14,486 nucleotides of DNA. Source: Candidatus Hodarchaeum mangrovi (GTDB lineage: Archaea > Asgardarchaeota > Heimdallarchaeia > Hodarchaeales > Hodarchaeaceae). The notes under the pieces were generated by a model. The model was given only the letters and a program-made list of their open reading frames with translations, was not told where the DNA came from and searched no databases. Positions 8,096 through 14,486 of this stretch are shown in pieces (the stretch's first letter is position 1; each line of letters begins with the position of its first letter). The stretch lies in assembly GCA_016839515.1 (NCBI GenBank), contig JAEOUE010000118.1:1-14486 (forward strand), in the 5' to 3' direction. Both the position numbers and the translations under genes were made by a program.

Positions 8096-8210
8096 AGGGC
8101 TCTCTTCCTGTTTCAATGTTTGATTTGAGAGTGAATACATACAATATTATACCGTGCAAAAATATTTGGGTAAACCTTTAGGGTAAATCATACCTAATAT
8201 AAATTGAGTT

Positions 8211-9218
8211 TTGACACTTATGCAACTAGAGAACCTGATCTATATTGAATGGATTGCTCATCTTCTTCTTAAAAATAAAATTAAGACTGGTCCAAAGATT
8301 AAAATATTAGATAAATCGTCATATACTTTTTCTGACAAGTTGTTGCTTGATTCTGACACAAATTTTCTCATAATGCAAGGATCATTTGATCCCCCAACAA
8401 TGGCTCATTTAGAACTTATAAAAAAGGTTCTCGACATGAACGATGTATTAAAAGGGAAGAAAGGTTATCATATTCTTATCCTACTTTCTCTAGCACATGT
8501 GGAGAAAAAACTTGATGTCACAAAGAGTTGTTTATTTGGGTATCGCTTTGAAATGTTAGATTTACTTTTTTCTAAAAAAAATATGCCATATAATATATCT
8601 TTTGGACTTTCTAATGAGGCACGATATGTTGATCTAATAGACGCATTTCCAAAAACACTATTAGGTTCTATTGAGTTTATAGTTGGAACAGATGTATTTC
8701 AAAAGATATTAAATCAATCCTTTTATTCAACTCCCTTAGAAGATCTTTATGAAAAGATTTTTGCGGTAAACTATTATGTAGTTGGTCGCAATAATTTGGT
8801 TAAACCTGATCAATTTAATAATTGGCTCTCTTCAATTATTGCTAATAATTTAATGATTCAAAATCATATAAGATTTATTAAAGTACCTCATAAATTTCAA
8901 AAAATTAGTTCAACTGCAATAAGAACTAAAATTAAGAATGGAGAAGTCCCAAGAAATGCTGAATTATCCCCTAAGGTAAGAAAGTATATCTTATCTAATT
9001 TTTTGTATTCTAGTAATTTAAATTGGATAACTTTCCAAACTATTATTTATGAATCAATTAATATTATAATTAAGGATAATGGAGCAATTGATGAAGCAAA
9101 ATCATTTATTTCTCAGATATTGGGAAATAAAGCAACTATCCAAGAAATTCAACAGCAAAATAATTCTAAATTACAAGAGGAGTTTATAATTAAAAGATGG
9201 AAGGAATTCAAAAGATAA
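8211..9218 (+). CDS. Nicotinamide/nicotinate mononucleotide adenylyltransferase (HIGH-fold, NadD/Pof1-like)
   Basis: GSFDPPTMAH (T/HxGH variant), IVGTD, VVGR and ISSTAIR. It overlaps a CinA gene. Start is TTG 8211 or ATG 8220. Confidence 0.85.
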   Translation: MTLMQLENLIYIEWIAHLLLKNKIKTGPKIKILDKSSYTFSDKLLLDSDTNFLIMQGSFDPPTMAHLELIKKVLDMNDVLKGKKGYHILILLSLAHVEKKLDVTKSCLFGYRFEMLDLLFSKKNMPYNISFGLSNEARYVDLIDAFPKTLLGSIEFIVGTDVFQKILNQSFYSTPLEDLYEKIFAVNYYVVGRNNLVKPDQFNNWLSSIIANNLMIQNHIRFIKVPHKFQKISSTAIRTKIKNGEVPRNAELSPKVRKYILSNFLYSSNLNWITFQTIIYESINIIIKDNGAIDEAKSFISQILGNKATIQEIQQQNNSKLQEEFIIKRWKEFKR

Positions 9219-9796
9219 ATTACTATTTAGACTTAATTACTGAGCTGAAGCTTTCTTCCAAAGATTTTCCAGTATCTATAGGAAATTCTTATCAGCTTTT
9301 ACAGCTTTTCTCAGATGAATTTGTTATTCCTCAAATTACTAGAACAAAAATGACTCTTGCGATTGTTGAAACAACTACATGTGGCCTCTTAGGTGATTTA
9401 CTTACGATAAGAAGTGGGGCTTCTGAATATTTTATAATGAGTATAATTCCTTATCATAATAGGATAAAAGAAAAAATTGGAGTGTCTAAGGATTTTTTAT
9501 CAAGTGTTGGGCCAGGAACTGTATCGAAAGAGACAGCAAGAGAGCTTTCAAATAAAATAATCGAATTTTCGGGTGCAAAATTGGGTATAGCAGAAACAGG
9601 ACTATTATCATCCACAGAATTAGAAAGGCGTAAAACTAAAAAACGAGCTGGGGAAGTTTACGTTTCTATTACCTTAAATGGATATTCAAAAGAAGAATAT
9701 TTACGTATTCAACCAGATCTCCCAAGAAATTATATGAGACATGAAATTGCTTTTCGTATACTCCAAAAAGTACAGGAATTTCTTGTAAAAATCTGA
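9197..9796 (+). CDS. CinA/PncC-family protein (NMN deamidase-like)
   Basis: LAIVETTTCGLL (AESCTGG equivalent), SGASEYF, YHNRIK, GTVSKETA, ETG and GEVYVSI. 22-nt overlap with the upstream gene. Confidence 0.85.
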   Translation: MEGIQKINYYLDLITELKLSSKDFPVSIGNSYQLLQLFSDEFVIPQITRTKMTLAIVETTTCGLLGDLLTIRSGASEYFIMSIIPYHNRIKEKIGVSKDFLSSVGPGTVSKETARELSNKIIEFSGAKLGIAETGLLSSTELERRKTKKRAGEVYVSITLNGYSKEEYLRIQPDLPRNYMRHEIAFRILQKVQEFLVKI

Positions 9797-9885
9797 TAAA
9801 GGAATTTGACAATGATTTGGAAAATACAATATTCCTGTAAAATAAGATTTAAAATATTTATACATTGTTATATTTATGTGGTCAT

Positions 9886-12800
9886 ATGCCTAAGGTTATC
9901 TTCAACGTTACTTTAAAAGACATTTTAGCCTTTTTTTTGATCCTTTTGATAATTCCTTTTCCTAGTACATTTTCTCTAAATGAAAATACCAAAGATCAAC
10001 AAATTGATCTAACAAATTTATCCCAGATAAAAAATGAAATTGAAAGTTCAATTTTAAAAACAAATTATTTGTTTCATGTTGATACCAATTCCTTCCAGAT
10101 TTTTAAAAACATATTTCAGGAAATTAATCCTTCTGTTCTTCATTTTTATGAAAATCTTAAAGGATTTGGCTTCGTTTCGTTAACAACAGAAGAATTTCGT
10201 GAATTAAATGATAAATATCCAAAACTCCAGTCTAGATTAATAAAATCAGAATTAGCGCAAGTTTTTCCATCCGATGATGATTTATTAGTTCAATCTATCT
10301 ATCAACAAGATTCTTATCAACTTCCCGTTGATCTAATAAATGCTCGTGATCTTTGGAATGAAGGATATGAAGGAAACTCAATAAAAATAGCAATAATCGA
10401 TTCAGGTATCGATAACACACATCCTGACTTTTCTGATCGAATAGTTTATGAAGAGTCTTTCGTAACGATAGAGAATGGTTTTTCAAATAATGAAACAACT
10501 TTTGATGAACATGGGCACGGGACTCATGTTGCAGGAATTGCAGCTGGAGGAGGGTCTCAATTTCCAGGAGTAGCTCCTAAATCAGAATTATATAACTTGA
10601 AAGTAGCAGATATGACGGGACATGCCACAGAAAAAGCCTTTATTGAAGCTATTGACAAAGCTATTAGCTTAAATGTGGATATTATTTCTGTTTCTTTGGG
10701 GTTTTCAATTTCTTCACCGTGGAAGGAAGAAGATCTTCTTAGTCAAGCAGTAAACGAAGCTGTAGAGTCAGGGATAATAGTTATTGTTGCAGCTGGTAAT
10801 GAAGGCTCTGAGTCACCAAAAGCTACTATTAACTCCCCTGCTTCGGCTAAATATGTCGTAACAGTAGGTGCAAGTAATGGCAGTAATAGTATCGCCTCTT
10901 TTTCAAGTAGAGGACCATCTTTTAATTTTATAATGGATCCTGACATTATTGCTCCTGGTGTAGGAATCTATGCTCCTTTAGCTGACGGCAGTGTGATAAA
11001 ATTAGGATATAATAGTATTAGAGGAGTAAATTTGGACAAATATATTCCATTAACTGGTACTAGCATGGCTTCACCTGTCGTAGCTGGAGCTGCAGCTCTT
11101 TTACTTCAAAAGTTTCCTGATTTAAAACCAGAATCCTTTCGAGCAGCAATTCAAGAAACCGCTATTTTATTAGATAATGTTAGTAAATTTAGCCAAGGTA
11201 ATGGTTTGTTAGATGTTAAAGCTGCAGCAAATTTATTAGATTTAAGAAAAATATCAAATGGTTATAACATTATATCTTCTGAACCTAAAGGACAAGTAGA
11301 ATTTGCTGAAACTGCTACTTTTCCTGGTGATACAACTTATTTAACGATTCCATTTGTAACAGGAATGACGGGGACTGTGACATGGGCGATTGATAATGAA
11401 ATAAAAGATATAATTGAATTTGATACTAACCCAGTTGTATTAACAGAGGCATCTTACTTTGAAAAAATTTTGAGGAAAAAGGTGCCTCTAAATTTTCCTG
11501 CAGCTACATATTCAGGTAATATTACGTATATTTTTCAAGGAATTGAAAAAAGAATCCCAATTAGTGTTAGTGTAACTTCCCCTCGTACTAAATTATATTT
11601 AAATTCCCATTATACAGGGATAGAAGATTCAAGATTTTACAATTATCATGATCTTGATTCTCTACTTACCTCAGAATTATTTTTTGATATTAATGAATAT
11701 TCTGGGTCTATTGATTGGGGAAATTTAAGTATTAATGATATTCTTGTTCTTTCCGATCTGGAATTCCCCTTTAGCTCTATAGAAATCAACTTTATAAAGC
11801 GTTTTCATGATCTGAATGGATCAATCCTACTTGTCTCATCAGCCTATCCCTTCTTTAATCCCATTCCCTATGATCAAATTGCAAAAGCCTTAGAAATACC
11901 TGTAAATTATTTAGATCAATATAATATTATTAATTACACTGATGATGGGAGAGAAATCTCGCCTATCCTTCGACCATCTCCAATATTAACATATGAAACT
12001 ACTAATGAGTTTTTAGATGGTGTTTTCAATATTCAACTTAATTTTGGGTCTGCGATTTATGGAAATCTTAGTGATTCAAGATTATCAAACTCAGTACTTA
12101 TTGAAGGGACCTCTTACTTAGCTGCAACAGGATTTAATCCTCTTAGTAAAGGAAAAGTTGTTCTTTTAAGCTCAGAACTATGGCTCTATTCTTCATCACT
12201 TAAAAACAATGATGGCCAAGCTTTTATTAAAAATATCTTTGAGTGGTTGAAACCTAATGATCAAATAACAGTCAATATTAACTATCTTCAAGATAATAGG
12301 ACAATAGAAGTAGTTCTGTATCCATCATCGAAGCTCCCAACTACATTAGAAGTGTTTTTTACAAATGGGACCCAAAAATCTATTTCTTTGATGAATGATT
12401 CTATTTATGATTATGCAAGATTTTCTTTAGCTCCCGAAGCTCAAAATGAGATTATAATACAAGTTTTAAACGGTTCAAATTTATTGAAAGAATTTTCAGT
12501 CATAGACACTTTTCCTGAAGATTTCCCACAAATATATGAAATCACCATCAGCTCTCCAACCCCTGCTATTCTTCCTAGTTGGGCTGAGGATTATCCATCA
12601 GTAAAATTCTCTTTGAGCAATTTAGAGGTACTTATTAATCATACATCCTCCCCGTTAATAGAAGCTCGATTGTTGATTACAAACCAACCTGAAATTTCTT
12701 TAGATTTTATCGCTCCTCCAATAGACACACTCGATATAATTTCTAAGGAGCTAATATTTAATAAAAGTGATAGTAATGATTCTCAAGGTATTATTTGGAT

Positions 12801-13590
12801 GTTTCCATCTGATCTACCAACAAGCTTTTATTCCTATGAAGTACAAATTTGGTTTGAATTAGAAAATATAACAATATTAATAACCTATGAACGAGATTAC
12901 TTTTTCAAACCTGATTCTGAACCTATTTTCGGGATGCAAAGTACAATTCATGGTCGAAGTCTTGAAGAATATCAAAAGATAGAAACAACTAAAGATATTT
13001 ATCCATGGAATGGAGGAGAAACAGTCACTTTTAATTTAATTCCTCAAGATACGAATTCAGAGCGTTTTACAGTTTATGTGCAGCTGATACACTATTATTT
13101 ATGGTTCGCTGAGAGAACTGTACTACAAACCTTTGAGATTCCGTTTATAGCTGAAGAGAATCGTAATATCGGTACTTTTATTATTCCTGAGGACACTATT
13201 CCAGTGCCTAATTCTGAATATGAAATTGAGATTAGTAACCAACTTTTCATCCTCTTGCTCTTTTTAAGAGATTTACAAGGAAATATTGCTATTGAAGTTA
13301 TTTTCTGTATTTTTGACCAAGGATTTATTCTAGATCCCAGTTTATTAATTATTGGGATGCTCTTTGGTATTATTGCAGTAGCTGGTCTTGTTATATTCTT
13401 TAGAAATCGCTCTAGAGGTAGAAAAGCATATTATTCTTATAGATATACTTCCCCTGATTATTTTCCTAGACCCTCACCAACTTTGAGCATGAAATATTGT
13501 GGTTTTTGTGGAAATCAGATTCCCCTTCAATCTCGTTTTTGTAGTTTTTGTGGGAAAAAATTAACCTATGAGGGAGGCCATAAAGATTAA
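9886..13590 (+). CDS. Membrane-anchored S8 subtilase with Site-1-protease-like architecture and C-terminal zinc ribbon
   Basis: Signal peptide, catalytic triad D (10399, IIDSG), H (10516, HGTHVAG) and S (11062, GTSMASP), and oxyanion AAGN. TM helix at 13342-13401 and CxxC-x10-CxxC at 13498-13551. ATG 9886 is preferred over TTG 9865. Confidence 0.92.
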   Translation: MPKVIFNVTLKDILAFFLILLIIPFPSTFSLNENTKDQQIDLTNLSQIKNEIESSILKTNYLFHVDTNSFQIFKNIFQEINPSVLHFYENLKGFGFVSLTTEEFRELNDKYPKLQSRLIKSELAQVFPSDDDLLVQSIYQQDSYQLPVDLINARDLWNEGYEGNSIKIAIIDSGIDNTHPDFSDRIVYEESFVTIENGFSNNETTFDEHGHGTHVAGIAAGGGSQFPGVAPKSELYNLKVADMTGHATEKAFIEAIDKAISLNVDIISVSLGFSISSPWKEEDLLSQAVNEAVESGIIVIVAAGNEGSESPKATINSPASAKYVVTVGASNGSNSIASFSSRGPSFNFIMDPDIIAPGVGIYAPLADGSVIKLGYNSIRGVNLDKYIPLTGTSMASPVVAGAAALLLQKFPDLKPESFRAAIQETAILLDNVSKFSQGNGLLDVKAAANLLDLRKISNGYNIISSEPKGQVEFAETATFPGDTTYLTIPFVTGMTGTVTWAIDNEIKDIIEFDTNPVVLTEASYFEKILRKKVPLNFPAATYSGNITYIFQGIEKRIPISVSVTSPRTKLYLNSHYTGIEDSRFYNYHDLDSLLTSELFFDINEYSGSIDWGNLSINDILVLSDLEFPFSSIEINFIKRFHDLNGSILLVSSAYPFFNPIPYDQIAKALEIPVNYLDQYNIINYTDDGREISPILRPSPILTYETTNEFLDGVFNIQLNFGSAIYGNLSDSRLSNSVLIEGTSYLAATGFNPLSKGKVVLLSSELWLYSSSLKNNDGQAFIKNIFEWLKPNDQITVNINYLQDNRTIEVVLYPSSKLPTTLEVFFTNGTQKSISLMNDSIYDYARFSLAPEAQNEIIIQVLNGSNLLKEFSVIDTFPEDFPQIYEITISSPTPAILPSWAEDYPSVKFSLSNLEVLINHTSSPLIEARLLITNQPEISLDFIAPPIDTLDIISKELIFNKSDSNDSQGIIWMFPSDLPTSFYSYEVQIWFELENITILITYERDYFFKPDSEPIFGMQSTIHGRSLEEYQKIETTKDIYPWNGGETVTFNLIPQDTNSERFTVYVQLIHYYLWFAERTVLQTFEIPFIAEENRNIGTFIIPEDTIPVPNSEYEIEISNQLFILLLFLRDLQGNIAIEVIFCIFDQGFILDPSLLIIGMLFGIIAVAGLVIFFRNRSRGRKAYYSYRYTSPDYFPRPSPTLSMKYCGFCGNQIPLQSRFCSFCGKKLTYEGGHKD

Positions 13591-13597
13591 ATTATAC

Positions 13598-13611
13598 AAA
13601 AAATATTTTTT
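13598..13611. terminator. Candidate bidirectional oligo-T terminator AAAAAATATTTTTT
   Basis: The palindrome gives a T6 run on each strand, 8 nt after the subtilase stop and between convergent units. Confidence 0.45.
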
Positions 13612-13644
13612 CACTTATAGATTTTTAATTTTGATGAAACTTTA

Positions 13645-13953
13645 CTAGAGTAATTCCTTTAGAGCCCTCTTTACTTCTAAATAATCAAGTTGAACATTTT
13701 TATTAATTTCTTTAGCAATTTTCTTAATAGTTCCCTCTCTAATTGCTCGTATCGCTAAAGAATTTACCTGAAATGAGTGAGGAAGGTTGAAAACATCTAC
13801 CGTGTTTAGTTGTTTAACATGGTGTAAAATAATTCCTAATTTAATTTCAGCTATAATTCTTTGAATTACCTTTCAGAATGGATTGAATGTATTTAAGTTG
13901 GAATCCTGGTCTATTAAAGTATTAAAGAACAGTATAGAAGGGAAAATCTCCAC
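13645..13953 (-). pseudogene. Unannotated interrupted ORF / gene remnant
   Basis: GTG 13953, in-frame TGA at 13875-13873, then 75 sense codons to TAG 13647-13645, ending IREGTIKKIAKEINKNVQLDYLEVKRALKELL. Confidence 0.4.
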
Positions 13954-13970
13954 TACATAAGAATAGTCTA

Positions 13971-14486
13971 TTAAGAAAAGAACTTTATGTGGGAATAAAC
14001 AATTCTTTTTCCTATTTCTGTTGAACTCATGTAAATTAATACTATTACAAACAAAATAATCAGAAACATGAGGGGAATAGAGGAAAAACTAAATAGGGAT
14101 GATATTGGGGAGAATGGAATAAGAAGGGTTAAGAAGATGACAATAATAATTGAAATTAGTAAATTATTACTCGGTTTGCTTTTATAGAAAGTTTTTCGTG
14201 TCCTAATTACCAAAAGAATTAATAACTCCGATATAACTGAAACAAGGAACCAACCTGTTTGAAATTCTGCTTCCTGAGCATGTAGAACAGAGATAAGAAC
14301 AAAAAATGCTAAAATATCAAAAAAAGTGCTTATGAGACCAAAAGTAACCATGAACTCGCTAATATCTCTCATATTCCATCTTTTAGGAGTTTGTATCATT
14401 TCAGAGTCTACTTCATCTGTTGCAATAGTCATTGAAGGGAAATCGGTCATAAAATTAATTAAAAGGATCTGTGTTGGGAGTAATGG
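13971..14486 (-). CDS. mgtA: Mg2+-translocating P-type ATPase (P3B), C-terminal part, 5' truncated by the window
   Basis: The frame is open to the right edge: PLLPTQILLINFMTDFPSMTIATDEVD...PKRWN...FGLISTFFD...FQTGWF...LVIRT, all typical of the MgtA/MgtB C-terminal TM region. Confidence 0.88.
   Translation of the reverse strand, partial: PLLPTQILLINFMTDFPSMTIATDEVDSEMIQTPKRWNMRDISEFMVTFGLISTFFDILAFFVLISVLHAQEAEFQTGWFLVSVISELLILLVIRTRKTFYKSKPSNNLLISIIIVIFLTLLIPFSPISSLFSFSSIPLMFLIILFVIVLIYMSSTEIGKRIVYSHIKFFS

Noticed and set aside
8168-8187. GGGTAAA direct repeat in the divergent promoter
   Set aside because: Only two 7-mers, too weak to call.
10295-10946. Minus ORFs 10295..10498 and 10743..10946
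   Set aside because: Antisense shadows of the S8 catalytic domain.
13240-13266. Second TM helix (QLFILLLFL) in the subtilase
   Set aside because: Too short and followed by RDLQGN, more like a beta strand and turn of an Ig-like domain.
1-14486. CRISPR array, tRNA/rRNA, IS element or alternative genetic code
   Set aside because: No regular repeat-spacer pattern, cloverleaf, GC-rich RNA island or transposase. TAA and TGA both terminate intact genes here.

Overview
AT-rich, archaeal-looking window (TATA-like boxes, oligo-T terminators). An Asgard origin, possibly Heimdallarchaeia-like, is an inference from gene content only. It encodes a HemL-like class III aminotransferase, a small catalytically degenerate Mrr-type protein, a GalK-like GHMP kinase and a tandem winged-helix gene broken by an in-frame TAA. 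It also holds a 770-aa AAA+ ATPase with a Pro-rich linker, a PD-(D/E)xK-like domain and a wHTH, a class V aminotransferase, and an overlapping NMNAT + CinA/PncC pair. The right end has a 1241-aa membrane-anchored subtilase, an unannotated interrupted ORF and the 3' end of an MgtA-type P-type ATPase. The best leads are (1) the subtilase, whose domain order and motifs resemble eukaryotic Site-1 protease (MBTPS1) and which adds a cytoplasmic zinc ribbon, and (2) the ATPase / wHTH / dead-nuclease cluster. No rRNA, tRNA, CRISPR array or IS element was recognised.
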